This document shows, one piece after another, positions 7,915 to 17,865 of a stretch of 64,000 bases of DNA. The translations under genes and the position numbers were made by a program. The DNA is taken from sequence record MZ443771.1. One strand, given 5' to 3'. The notes under the pieces are model-generated. The model saw nothing but the letters and a program-made list of their open reading frames with translations. It ran no database searches and had not been told where the DNA came from. The number at the start of each line of letters is the position of its first letter. The stretch's first letter is position 1.

Positions 7915-10794
7915 TTAACTATCCACTTCGTCAGGTTCCCAGCACAGGATAGGTCTGCGCCACACTTGGAATACACCGATAGGGTCTGCACGACCTCCAT
8001 CAATGAAGCAGTCCATAGTGCGTCCGCCTGAGTTCCCGCTCTGCATCAACGTCACAAGTCCTTCTGTCCATGACGCACGACCACCTGAGTCAGCTTCGAA
8101 CAACCCTTCCCACACCATATCGAAAGCGCCTTTCCACGCATTGAAGTGATGTGATGAATAAGCACCGTCACCAACTGTACACAACACCATGTACTGATAA
8201 TCTTTCACACACGGAATGTTGTAGTTGTTACCACGAGGAACAGAGGTACCGTTAGCGTTGAAGATACACTCCCAGCCAGTACGGTCAGCAGAACCTGTAG
8301 TCAAGAACAGAGGACGACGAATGATCATCATGATTCCGTTCTCGGTACCGTTGTTACTAGATTTCTCGCAGTACGCATTGCAGCGCAGTGAGCGGTCAAC
8401 AGTGAACGTGGTCGAGTTCGAGAAGTCACGGGTGTAGTAGTTCGATCCCCACTTAGGCAGATACTCTGCTGGTGGAACGAAGAAGTGACGTTCAGCGAGT
8501 TCAATCTCACCGTAACGGTCATAGGCAAACACGATGTACTCGTAGCCAGCATCAATTGGAATGTTATGGCCTTGAGTGCCTGGGCCGTTCCATTTCCAAA
8601 CTACCTGCCAATCGTTTGAGTCACGCGTTGCTTCTTCGGTAATCAGATTGTATTTGCGTTCGTAGACGTGCCACACTTTCCCTTCTTCTGTGGTGTTGAT
8701 ATACAACGAGTTCGGGTCATTGATATTCCCGTTCTCAGTGCCGCAATAAATCTTATGCGACGCACCAGCAGAGTTGTAGATAGTGCCTGACCCGATTGAA
8801 CCGAACATATCCCAGTTCATCATCAGGTGAGAGGTACACATTTCGTTCTGGCCGCTACCATCAGAGGTCGTTATGAGATATTCGCACAAGTCTTTGAACG
8901 GATATTTAACATAACGGTTGTTAGCACGGTTGACGACATGCACCCAGTCATGAGATTGAATCTTAGGCACAGGGAAGCATGGGTTAGTGACGGACACGAC
9001 GAAGGTCTTTGTCTCGTACATAGGCAGCTTCTTGAAACGATTATCTCTGATCGTTACAGTGTGCTCCATGCCCATTGTCGATGCACCGTCTTGACGACCA
9101 AGCACTTTGTAGTACGACAGATGCGCACTCTTGGTGTTTTCGAACAGGCTGTTAATGCCCATGCTCATGTTACTCTCACGGTCAGTGCCTGTCACATACG
9201 GATAACCGTTAGTGTCGAAGTCATAGCCGACAGAGAAGTAACTATCAGGGTCAGATGATTTAACGCCACGGTACATTTCGTTCCATGCGTTACCTTCGCC
9301 CACACCTGGCTCACCAAACAGTGAGTACGCAGCGCGGTACACATACTGCGAACCAGCGTACACACGACTCGATGCACCGATGCGATACATTGCAGCAGGC
9401 AGTCCGCCTTGCAAACGGTTAACGTCAGCAGTATCGTAAGACACGACATAGACGTAATGGTCAGTGCCGATAGCGTTCAGGTAAGCAGCACACGCAGCAG
9501 CATTCGCAACGCCTGGGTTAGTTCCCTCAGCAGAAGCATGAATGTCGAACGTTCGGCGTTCAACCAGCGCAAGGTCAGACTTACGAATCTTGTAGACGTT
9601 CCAGCCACGACTATCAGTGTATCGTGTGCCATTGAAGATCGTGTACCCTGTATCGCCTGTATCAAGATAGCGCTGATAGCCTACAACGTGCGAGAAGATT
9701 CGGCTACGTGCTTGCAGTGACTGCGCGTTCTCATTCGACCAAGTGACAGACACATCACCGGCAGCCATACGGGCAGCCCAATCGTCAGGCTTGTACGGGT
9801 ATGTCGTTACATCGAAGTTCACGCCATACGCATCACCGGGATTCACGCAGCAGTTATCACGATAGATGATTGCAGGGTCGAGCACAACATCGTCAGGGAT
9901 ATCAACCTGTCCGCAATAGAACTGTTTCCACGTACCGGGCTGACCGCCAATCGTTCCCGGGCCGTTCTGCACTGTGCCTGTGAACTGATATGCGGCAGAG
10001 AGTTCGTAGTTAATCTGGTTATGTAACTGAGCAACGTTAGTCCATGCGATGTGATTGCCAAACGCGTTGACGCTCTTAGCTTTCGCGTTCACGGTAGACG
10101 CAACGTAGGCTTGACCGTTACTGCGAATGCCTAACGGGTTGAAGATAGCATTGAAGTTTACGTTACCTTCGAACGCACCTTTCTGCAACACAATCAGGCT
10201 CACGCCGTTTCGATGCGCTTCACGCAAGGCATTGAGCATCGCTGTAGGCATACTCTGGTTAGTCGCAGACAGCAGCAGCATTACGCAACTGAACTGTTTG
10301 AAGTACCGGTAGTCGCCGTTGTAGCCGTAAGCACCAGCGTTAATCTCTTGCCAGCTATGCGCCAGCATGTCGAGAGGCATACGCTGCATGTAGCCTACAA
10401 GCTGTCCCCACGATTCCATCGCTGTGTCATCATTCACAGGCGCAAGGTCTGAGATGACGAGCATTGTGCTGCCCAGCGTGATGTTTGAGTTATAGCCGCG
10501 TTGCGTAAGCAGATGACGCAGCACACCCATGTTGTTAATGTTCTTATTGCGGTAGTTACCCAGCCAACCGTAGTTAGCATCTACCATAGGACTTCCATCA
10601 CGAATGAAGCGTCCATTCATGTAGACAGAGCCAAAGCCGCACACGTATGAGAGCGCATGACCGTCAACAACAAACGAAGTGAAGCGTGAGCTATCAACAG
10701 GCATTGCGTCTACTGCGGCAATAGATCCATCTCCAGGACTACCGCTGAATACGGGAGTAATGCCTCGCGCATATAAGCAACTTTGTTGCAGCAT
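7915..10794 (-). CDS. Large fibre/receptor-binding protein with GATase-like domain, ILEI/PANDER (GG-type) domain and two C-terminal repeats
   Basis: 959 aa. ILEI-like segment RGWNV...RTFD...AYLNAI...VVSYD...RAAYSLFG. Duplicated W..(V/I)....G..NIP....Y.Y.V....HF repeat. Confidence 0.7.
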   Translation of the reverse strand: MLQQSCLYARGITPVFSGSPGDGSIAAVDAMPVDSSRFTSFVVDGHALSYVCGFGSVYMNGRFIRDGSPMVDANYGWLGNYRNKNINNMGVLRHLLTQRGYNSNITLGSTMLVISDLAPVNDDTAMESWGQLVGYMQRMPLDMLAHSWQEINAGAYGYNGDYRYFKQFSCVMLLLSATNQSMPTAMLNALREAHRNGVSLIVLQKGAFEGNVNFNAIFNPLGIRSNGQAYVASTVNAKAKSVNAFGNHIAWTNVAQLHNQINYELSAAYQFTGTVQNGPGTIGGQPGTWKQFYCGQVDIPDDVVLDPAIIYRDNCCVNPGDAYGVNFDVTTYPYKPDDWAARMAAGDVSVTWSNENAQSLQARSRIFSHVVGYQRYLDTGDTGYTIFNGTRYTDSRGWNVYKIRKSDLALVERRTFDIHASAEGTNPGVANAAACAAYLNAIGTDHYVYVVSYDTADVNRLQGGLPAAMYRIGASSRVYAGSQYVYRAAYSLFGEPGVGEGNAWNEMYRGVKSSDPDSYFSVGYDFDTNGYPYVTGTDRESNMSMGINSLFENTKSAHLSYYKVLGRQDGASTMGMEHTVTIRDNRFKKLPMYETKTFVVSVTNPCFPVPKIQSHDWVHVVNRANNRYVKYPFKDLCEYLITTSDGSGQNEMCTSHLMMNWDMFGSIGSGTIYNSAGASHKIYCGTENGNINDPNSLYINTTEEGKVWHVYERKYNLITEEATRDSNDWQVVWKWNGPGTQGHNIPIDAGYEYIVFAYDRYGEIELAERHFFVPPAEYLPKWGSNYYTRDFSNSTTFTVDRSLRCNAYCEKSSNNGTENGIMMIIRRPLFLTTGSADRTGWECIFNANGTSVPRGNNYNIPCVKDYQYMVLCTVGDGAYSSHHFNAWKGAFDMVWEGLFEADSGGRASWTEGLVTLMQSGNSGGRTMDCFIDGGRADPIGVFQVWRRPILCWEPDEVDS

Positions 10795-10811
10795 GTTATG
10801 TCCTTAGATCG

Positions 10812-10834
10812 AGAATAGGGGCCGAAGCCCCTTT
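10812..10834 (-). terminator. Probable terminator with UUCG loop
   Basis: GGGGC-TTCG-GCCCC directly after the stop codon. The U-tract is weak. Confidence 0.6.
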
Positions 10835-10836
10835 CG

Positions 10837-12861
10837 TTAAGCAAATACTACGTTGGAAATGCTCAGGTAATCAAGATCGTTCGAGTCACCTCGGTCACCG
10901 CCACCTTGAACACGAAGCCAGATTTCTTGACCTGCAGGTATGTTCACATCAAACGTGAAATACTGATACACGCCACTACTGTTCCTCGGACTCTGGGCAG
11001 CACCTTCACCGGCAGTGCGCTCGTAGATATCAATTGTGTGCCAACCACCGTTCTTGCCGTCATATACCCACGCGAAAGTGATCTGCTTGATAGGTCGAGT
11101 GAAGAAGTTACCCCACTTGAACCAACCATTAACGCCACCCCAGATGTTCATGTAGTTTCCATCACGCGTCCATACTTGAGAAGCGTTAGGAGAACCTGTA
11201 CCACGACCACCAGTCTGCTCCCATGCGTTAGGCTGCCACGGAAGTTCGTCTGAATCAGGAGGCTGTGCGTTACCACCTTCAATCGTCACACAACGGTAAG
11301 GAACAGTGAAGTCACTCACGTTGATATGTGGCGGCTGAATAGGGCAGTACACGAAGTATGACCAATCACATCCGATAGGTGCAGTCGCACGAACTGTTAT
11401 GTTAGAGCGAAGCACATGCTCAGGGTATTTCCAAAATTCGAGTGTGCCAGTACGTCCCGCAGCAACGATAGAAGTATCGAGCACGTTCATGTCTTGGTCA
11501 AACACTTCGAACTTGGTATCAAACGAGTTCGCGGTACAAACAACAAGCTCGGCGCGAATGTCCGTCTGAGTTCCTAAAGCAAAATTATCTTCTGTGGTTG
11601 GATGACCGGCAGAGTAAACGCTGTAGCTCTGGCAAGGGTGCATGTATTCACGCGCACCACGTTCACCTGGGCAGTACAGGCTGTAGAAGCAACTCGCAAG
11701 TGAAGCAGCATTACCGAAGTCTTTGCTGACAACACGAACCATGATATCACACGCAACGTTTTGAGGGTCAAAGTAGAAGTACAAATAACCTTCGCCAGTA
11801 CGTGCATCGAGCGTTGTCGCTATGCGGCGTCCAGACTGATAGACCTCAATGAAATCGAATGTTTCCCACGAAGTGTAGTCGAGATACATCCAACCCGCTG
11901 TCCAACCGATGAAGTGGTAGTATTCGAAAGCGTTAGCATTCTGAATACGTTCAGCGATAGGCCAGACAGTTGCGTGACATGGTGCAGGGAAGATTGGGCT
12001 GCCGATGTAGTCTGGATGAATGACGTCAGGGAAATTGATAACGTCATACGCAGCCTGACTATCGAGCGCTAGCCCACCACGGTCAGACGGTGCTGCAAGA
12101 CGCGGCGGATAGACTTCTAAGCTCCATCCATAGCCCTGCGTTGTGCGCACACGAACCATGATACGCATATCAGCAGCGTCAGGGTCGAACTGGAATTTGA
12201 TACGCGAACGCCCAGCGAGCTTGCCGCACGTAGAAGCAACACGCACACCCATGTGATACACATCGACACTAGCACCAGCAGGCGCATACGATGCGATCAT
12301 GAGTTCAACGTAGCCCTCAATAGCAGGCATAGCGTAGTACGTTTCAGTGATGGTTGCACCACGTCCGTGTACAGACGCATAAGGCACGTTGGGGTTAGCA
12401 TACGTTCCTAGTCCTGCGCGAGAAGCAACACCAGTAGGGTCGTATGATTCGATGGCCTTGATACCGGGTCGATTGATAGATCTACCAGTAGGAGGAGCAA
12501 AAGAGTTGACGAGGCCGAAGCCAGTACGACCAGCATCAGGCAAGTCAAACCCTGCAGGATAGCCTTTAAGTATATCGTACTTCTCACGACCGCCACTCCC
12601 TATGCCATTGCCTGACCCTTTGGTTGTAGACGTCGGACCGCCACCACATGCACCAGTATCGAGATTAGAGCACGGGTCATCGTAAGTAGGGTCAAACGAG
12701 TCATCAATGTGATGCCAACGCTTGCCCCACTGATTACGCACACTGAATTTGTCTGGGCTTAATGGCGTCCAGTCTCCTTCATGTGTGCGTATGAACATGG
12801 GCGTGTCCACACAGTCATGCCAACCGTTATTCGCAGCGTTACGAACGCGAAAACGAGACAT
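10837..12861 (-). CDS. Structural protein with three tandem beta-sandwich repeats
   Basis: 674 aa. Three units of roughly 85-110 aa, each ending I(M/T)VR...W/F.Y.(P/C)P. Confidence 0.75.
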   Translation of the reverse strand: MSRFRVRNAANNGWHDCVDTPMFIRTHEGDWTPLSPDKFSVRNQWGKRWHHIDDSFDPTYDDPCSNLDTGACGGGPTSTTKGSGNGIGSGGREKYDILKGYPAGFDLPDAGRTGFGLVNSFAPPTGRSINRPGIKAIESYDPTGVASRAGLGTYANPNVPYASVHGRGATITETYYAMPAIEGYVELMIASYAPAGASVDVYHMGVRVASTCGKLAGRSRIKFQFDPDAADMRIMVRVRTTQGYGWSLEVYPPRLAAPSDRGGLALDSQAAYDVINFPDVIHPDYIGSPIFPAPCHATVWPIAERIQNANAFEYYHFIGWTAGWMYLDYTSWETFDFIEVYQSGRRIATTLDARTGEGYLYFYFDPQNVACDIMVRVVSKDFGNAASLASCFYSLYCPGERGAREYMHPCQSYSVYSAGHPTTEDNFALGTQTDIRAELVVCTANSFDTKFEVFDQDMNVLDTSIVAAGRTGTLEFWKYPEHVLRSNITVRATAPIGCDWSYFVYCPIQPPHINVSDFTVPYRCVTIEGGNAQPPDSDELPWQPNAWEQTGGRGTGSPNASQVWTRDGNYMNIWGGVNGWFKWGNFFTRPIKQITFAWVYDGKNGGWHTIDIYERTAGEGAAQSPRNSSGVYQYFTFDVNIPAGQEIWLRVQGGGDRGDSNDLDYLSISNVVFA

Positions 12862-12870
12862 GCTCTCTCC

Positions 12871-13362
12871 TTACGGTCTCACCCAGATTGCGCCGGGGCT
12901 AACCTCTTGGTCGATTGACGGGTCAGTGTCTTGCACGAACACCTGTACTGTACCGGGATTGCCTGGGGCGCCTGTAGGACCAGTAGGACCGGTCGGGCCA
13001 GCAGGACCACGATTGCCAACGTAACCCTGTTTACCGGGAGGACCGTCAGTGCCACGAGGGCCCGGACAACCGTCAGTGCCTCGACGACCATCAGTACCCA
13101 TAAGACCGTCGATACCATCACGACCAGAAGGACCAACGCCACCAGCAGGGCCGTAGCCGATACTATGAATCGTTGGCAGACCCGAGATTTGCAGCTTGCC
13201 GATGTTCGGGATATTGATAGCAAGCAGACCAGTCAGTGCGTCGAAAGAACCAGATAACTGGCTATCGTCTTCTGACGTGTCTACCGTAATGCCACCTTGA
13301 GTTGCTACTACAGGACCAGAGGCATTGGCCTTGACTAGCGATATATCAACTTTTTCTACCAC
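12871..13362 (-). CDS. Collagen-like protein (163 aa)
   Basis: G-X-Y run with GCPG. C-terminal IFVQ..DP....G.IWV motif. Confidence 0.85.
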   Translation of the reverse strand: MVEKVDISLVKANASGPVVATQGGITVDTSEDDSQLSGSFDALTGLLAINIPNIGKLQISGLPTIHSIGYGPAGGVGPSGRDGIDGLMGTDGRRGTDGCPGPRGTDGPPGKQGYVGNRGPAGPTGPTGPTGAPGNPGTVQVFVQDTDPSIDQEVSPGAIWVRP

Positions 13363-13371
13363 GTTGCCTCC

Positions 13372-14004
13372 TTATGGCCATGTGATGTTTTGATCTTTCG
13401 TAGGGTCTACCCATATCGTTCCGGCAGCTACGTTCCCAGGGTTCGTAGCACTGACGATGATAGACAGACGACCAGCAGGACCGGCTGGGCCAGTAGGGCC
13501 TGTAGGACCTGTGCTGCCAGTTGCGCCTGTAGGACCTGTACCGCCACGAGGACCAGTAGGACCTGTAGGACCCATAGGACCTGTGCGACCATCTGGCCCC
13601 GTAGGACCAACAGGACCCGGTAGACCATCACGACCGTCAGGGCCCGGGAGACCTTGCTCACCATCAGGCCCTATGCCACCATCACACCCAGGTTCTCCGG
13701 GAGCACCGTCTCGGCCATCGCGACCGTCTTTACCGTCAGCACCTGTCTCACCTCTACCGCCTTGACGCCCTTCCGGGATATCAGAAGCAGTAGGGAAACC
13801 GCCAACTTTCACTGTCTGCCCGTTAGCAAACTTGAGCGTAAGAATACCCGAAGTAGCATCGAATGATGAATCAGCAGTGAGTTCTGACGGTACGTTTTCC
13901 TCAGATGGGTCTACTGTCAGAGTACCCAACGAAGCACGTACAGGAGTAGACGTAGACGAAGAACCTGCTTGAATGAGGCCAGTTTTTACTTTAATCAGAC
14001 CCAT
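13372..14004 (-). CDS. Collagen-like protein (210 aa)
   Basis: Long G-X-Y run with GPTG repeats. C-terminal IIVSATNPG...GTIWV motif. Confidence 0.85.
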   Translation of the reverse strand: MGLIKVKTGLIQAGSSSTSTPVRASLGTLTVDPSEENVPSELTADSSFDATSGILTLKFANGQTVKVGGFPTASDIPEGRQGGRGETGADGKDGRDGRDGAPGEPGCDGGIGPDGEQGLPGPDGRDGLPGPVGPTGPDGRTGPMGPTGPTGPRGGTGPTGATGSTGPTGPTGPAGPAGRLSIIVSATNPGNVAAGTIWVDPTKDQNITWP

Positions 14005-15446
14005 TAGTTTTTCTCCGCTTTCGCAACGATATCCGTGTTGTGTACGAGCACATCACCCACGAAGTAACAGTCAAATGGATCGACGTCGATATCGACTGTC
14101 TGCACTTGCTCATCAACGCGGCGCATCTCGTAAACAGCTTGCGGTCCTTTGCGGCCTAAAACAGTTTGTCCAACAGTTACATCACGCGCAGGAACATAAC
14201 GCCATGCAATGCTATCGTAAATCAGAACAGGGTGTTCGTGTGTGAACTTCTGTCCATTGATAACATAGTAGTGGTCTTCTTGTCCGTGACGCAACGCAAC
14301 AACGTTCGCATTCACAGGCTTGCCTTTGAGACTAGGTGATGACCACTGACGGAAGTTCTTAGGCTGATTCGACATGCCCAGCAGACTCTCACCGACGCGA
14401 AGATCTTCGACTGCTTTAGGTCCTGTTAGCGTGTGAACTACAGAGCCATAAACGATACAGCCGGACGTCGATGTATTCAGCGGGTTGCGCACAACAACGG
14501 TCAAAGCAGAGCGCACTGTTACAGTAGGACGAGAGGTCTGCCCCATGTCAGTTACGACGCAGCTTATAGTGCCTTTGATTGTACGGTCAGCACCTAACCC
14601 TACACGCAGATAGAAGTTAACAATGCACGTCGAGGTTGTTGTAGCTTGAAGCGTCACACCCTCAGTAGTTGTAATAGACCATTGATACTTATACGGGCCT
14701 AAACCGCCACGAGCATTGACAGGCAGATACGCAAGCGATGTAAACACATCAGAGCCTTGCACTGTACGCTGACCTACCATGTACAGGCTTGACACTGACG
14801 CAGCAAGAGGTGTTATTGTTGGCAGAGGAGGTGCTGGCGTGACGTTGCTGGTGGGGTAGAGCCACACGAACACTCGACCGTCAGTAGGCTGAGTAGCAGA
14901 CTGAACAGCAGTAGTGATTGGCGCAGGACCCGTAGGACCTGTAGCACCCGCTATACAGCTTGGACCGTCATTGCCACGAGGACCGTCGATGCCAGTTGGC
15001 CCCGTTGGACCGTCTGGGCCTGTAGGACCAACAGGACCTTCACGTCCAGTATCGCCCGGAGGACCGTCTTCACCGTCACGTCCGGGATCACCGACAGGGC
15101 CTGTCTTGCCTCTGTTGCCGATCTTGCCTGGGCACCCATCAGGACCAGTAGGACCGTCTCGCCCATCACGACCATCTCTGCCTGGCGCACCGGGAGCGCC
15201 TCGACGCCCCGGCTTGCCAGTTCCAAACATAGAGATAGTCGGAAGTCCGGGAACGTTTATCACATCCCCGTTCTTCTTGATGAATACCAACACACCTGTC
15301 TTGCTGTTAAATCTTACGCTTGCGAGTTGCGTTAAAGTAGCAACGTCGGTCGACTCAAACTGCAAGCCCCCGTCAACGCCGACAACGGATTTACCTTCGT
15401 CGTTAGCAGTTGTTTCGATTTGCGAAAGTTTTAACTGTGTTGTCAT
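14004..15446 (-). CDS. Collagen-like fibre with Ig-like domain and C-terminal Hint (intein-like) domain
   Basis: G-X-Y run, then a beta domain, then C-IVYGS...THEHP...VLVHN-T. Confidence 0.85.
   Translation of the reverse strand: MTTQLKLSQIETTANDEGKSVVGVDGGLQFESTDVATLTQLASVRFNSKTGVLVFIKKNGDVINVPGLPTISMFGTGKPGRRGAPGAPGRDGRDGRDGPTGPDGCPGKIGNRGKTGPVGDPGRDGEDGPPGDTGREGPVGPTGPDGPTGPTGIDGPRGNDGPSCIAGATGPTGPAPITTAVQSATQPTDGRVFVWLYPTSNVTPAPPLPTITPLAASVSSLYMVGQRTVQGSDVFTSLAYLPVNARGGLGPYKYQWSITTTEGVTLQATTTSTCIVNFYLRVGLGADRTIKGTISCVVTDMGQTSRPTVTVRSALTVVVRNPLNTSTSGCIVYGSVVHTLTGPKAVEDLRVGESLLGMSNQPKNFRQWSSPSLKGKPVNANVVALRHGQEDHYYVINGQKFTHEHPVLIYDSIAWRYVPARDVTVGQTVLGRKGPQAVYEMRRVDEQVQTVDIDVDPFDCYFVGDVLVHNTDIVAKAEKN
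14037..14459 (-). other. Hint/mini-intein domain (141 aa) within the collagen fibre
   Basis: Cys1 (TGT at 14457-14459), block B TxxH (THEH), terminal His-Asn and +1 Thr. Confidence 0.8.
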
Positions 15447-17779
15447 TTCGGTTCAACCTTAATGCACAAGTTACCAGAGAGCGTTGACCCATAGCTTGTG
15501 ATCTGTGCGTTAGTCACACGAACCTTAGCGATGATATCAATGAAGCCCTGAGGTTGGTTCTCTTTCAGCACGGTGAACATCTGCGTAATGCTTGCGTTCG
15601 AATACGCAATAACTTCTGTCAGGCTAGTGTCAGAAGTAACAACGTTGAAGCCCGCGCTGCCAGTACCCTTCAGGCCACGACCGTATTCAGCTTCTGAGGT
15701 GCCGGGCACTTTGAACGACAGAACATATTCGATATGCTCTTTGCCGCTTGTCGGCGCGAACCCAGGGCCGAGTTGACACTGGAAGTCTGCGATACAGGTA
15801 AGCATCACACCTTTAGTGAACTCGATACGTTGAGTGATAATCAGTTCTTCCGAGTCATCAACGTTTTGCTGAATGTTGTACATGTTCTTCGGATCAGCTT
15901 CTTCGGCAAGCGCCTGAGTGTTACTGATCTTCAATTCAGGCCACGTACCTTCAATCTTAATGCCCTCACCCTGAATGATTTCAGGAGCAGCGATAGGCAC
16001 GTCGATAGGAGGCAGACCTTGACGTTTGAACATGTAGCCTGTAGGTGTAGGGATAGCGTCGATGATAACACCATCAACAGAACTATCTTTCGAACCTACT
16101 GCCATAACGTTCTCGAAGATTGTGATCTCAACGAGTGTGTTAGCAGGGATAGGCGAAGTCGTTTTCAACGCGCTGCCAGCAACCGTGAAGTCTTGCGTGT
16201 GCACCGTCAGACCACTCATGGACACAACGCAGTGCGCTTTGTTCAGAGGTGTAGTTGGCAGAGCAAATGTATCAGCATCATAAGGGAAGCGATACTGAGC
16301 AACACGAATACGAGTAGACCAGTTGGCGCGTTCTTCATAGCGAGCTACATAGAAAGTGTATTTCTGACCAGAAGGAATTGCTTCGGTCAATGTGACGCTG
16401 TTCCCGTTCGTGAGCTTGTACACGGTTGTAGGCTGCCACGTACTACCGACAACGCAGAACACCATGTCAACGCTTTCAATCGGCTTGTTACCGAGTTTGA
16501 ACTGAGCAGTCTGACCGTCACCAACACCTTCGTATGTTTCAAACAGGACAACGTGACCTTGCGACGGTTCAACACGGAACTGACGCATATCAAGCTGCAT
16601 ACGCTGTTCAGGGTAAGACGAAAGCAGAAGCTGATCGTCCACAACGCTATACGCAGTGCGCGGCTGGAGAATGCCTGACGTACCAAGCAGCAAGTCAGTT
16701 GAGCTATCGAGAATCTCGGACAGCGTGTAACGTAACTTGTCAGGAGTTGCTGTAGTCACAACAGAGCTAAACAGCATCTTGCCTGGTGGAACGAACAACG
16801 TTCCTGTAGTCTGACGAGTACCACCGGCAACAGGTCCCCAATACGGCTGCACGTCTTTACCGCGATAGAGCGCCCACGATTCAGGCACATCGTTATTCAG
16901 CGGCCACGGGATACCGGCACTTGGAGTTGTTGGGTTAGTGATTCTGCGCCACACAGCAATCGACGTCTGAGCAGACACAAACGGAATAGCATCGTCCATA
17001 TTGACGAGCTGACCATTCGTGTATTTGAAGTGACGACAAGCACCTGCGCCTGTTCCAGAGATTGTCTGGACGAGCACAACTTCATTCGCCTTCAACATCG
17101 AGAGGCTTGCGATCTTGAACGTGTTGGCATTGATGAATCCAGCAGAAGTAATCTGTCCGCTAAAGATTCGGTCATGCTCGCTGAATGCCCAGTAGTATGA
17201 GCCAGCACCGTAGCGATACGCAGTACCCGGAGAGCGTGTGCCGTCAGAGTTAACGTGCATATCAAGCACAGACACAGCGTTGAACACGTTGTCGCTCAAG
17301 CTAGGCAGATTCTGGAGAGTTGCCACGCTCGGAATCGAGGTGTAGTCTGCCATTTTCACAGCAAGAATCTTTTGGATGTCCTGCTGGATGTGTACAAGCA
17401 AGCTAACACGGCTGATAGAGTTCGGTACAGCGATGATAGGCTCTTCCAGAACAACGTGACCAAACGGTCTGTTGTCAGAGAGCATAATCAGTATCTCACC
17501 AACTCGTTTCAGCGCTTCACCCGCCAAATATTTGACTTTAATATCGAAGACAAATCGGGCACTGTTCTCGGTAAGAACCTGAACGTAAGACAATGCACCC
17601 GACGCAAGCTCGCTGCCAAGTAACTGCTCTGGAACCACAGACGGGTTAGAGCCAACAAAGTCACCTGCTTTGAATGCTACTGGAGCTATGGCAAGTCCAC
17701 CAGCATTCGCGTTCGCAACGGCCTGTTCTCCCTGAGGCGTTAATCGCAGCGCGTTAACGTAGATAGATTCAGTGGCCAT
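15443..17779 (-). CDS. Baseplate/tail-fibre attachment protein
   Basis: N-terminal T..G.......A.AGG...GD fibre-collar-like motif. Repeated G.GQT..F.L...P...V.V.G..Q....Y units. Confidence 0.65.
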   Translation of the reverse strand: MATESIYVNALRLTPQGEQAVANANAGGLAIAPVAFKAGDFVGSNPSVVPEQLLGSELASGALSYVQVLTENSARFVFDIKVKYLAGEALKRVGEILIMLSDNRPFGHVVLEEPIIAVPNSISRVSLLVHIQQDIQKILAVKMADYTSIPSVATLQNLPSLSDNVFNAVSVLDMHVNSDGTRSPGTAYRYGAGSYYWAFSEHDRIFSGQITSAGFINANTFKIASLSMLKANEVVLVQTISGTGAGACRHFKYTNGQLVNMDDAIPFVSAQTSIAVWRRITNPTTPSAGIPWPLNNDVPESWALYRGKDVQPYWGPVAGGTRQTTGTLFVPPGKMLFSSVVTTATPDKLRYTLSEILDSSTDLLLGTSGILQPRTAYSVVDDQLLLSSYPEQRMQLDMRQFRVEPSQGHVVLFETYEGVGDGQTAQFKLGNKPIESVDMVFCVVGSTWQPTTVYKLTNGNSVTLTEAIPSGQKYTFYVARYEERANWSTRIRVAQYRFPYDADTFALPTTPLNKAHCVVSMSGLTVHTQDFTVAGSALKTTSPIPANTLVEITIFENVMAVGSKDSSVDGVIIDAIPTPTGYMFKRQGLPPIDVPIAAPEIIQGEGIKIEGTWPELKISNTQALAEEADPKNMYNIQQNVDDSEELIITQRIEFTKGVMLTCIADFQCQLGPGFAPTSGKEHIEYVLSFKVPGTSEAEYGRGLKGTGSAGFNVVTSDTSLTEVIAYSNASITQMFTVLKENQPQGFIDIIAKVRVTNAQITSYGSTLSGNLCIKVEPK

Positions 17780-17820
17780 CAAAGAACTCCTTGGGTTTTA
17801 ACTCTCATAAATTACGATAA

Positions 17821-17862
17821 AACAAAAAGGGAGCCAGGAACATATAGCTCCGGACTCCCTTT
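17821..17862 (-). terminator. Rho-independent terminator
   Basis: GGGAGTC...GGCTCCC stem followed by TTTTTGTTTT after the 1511-aa gene. Confidence 0.75.
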
Positions 17863-17865
17863 ATT

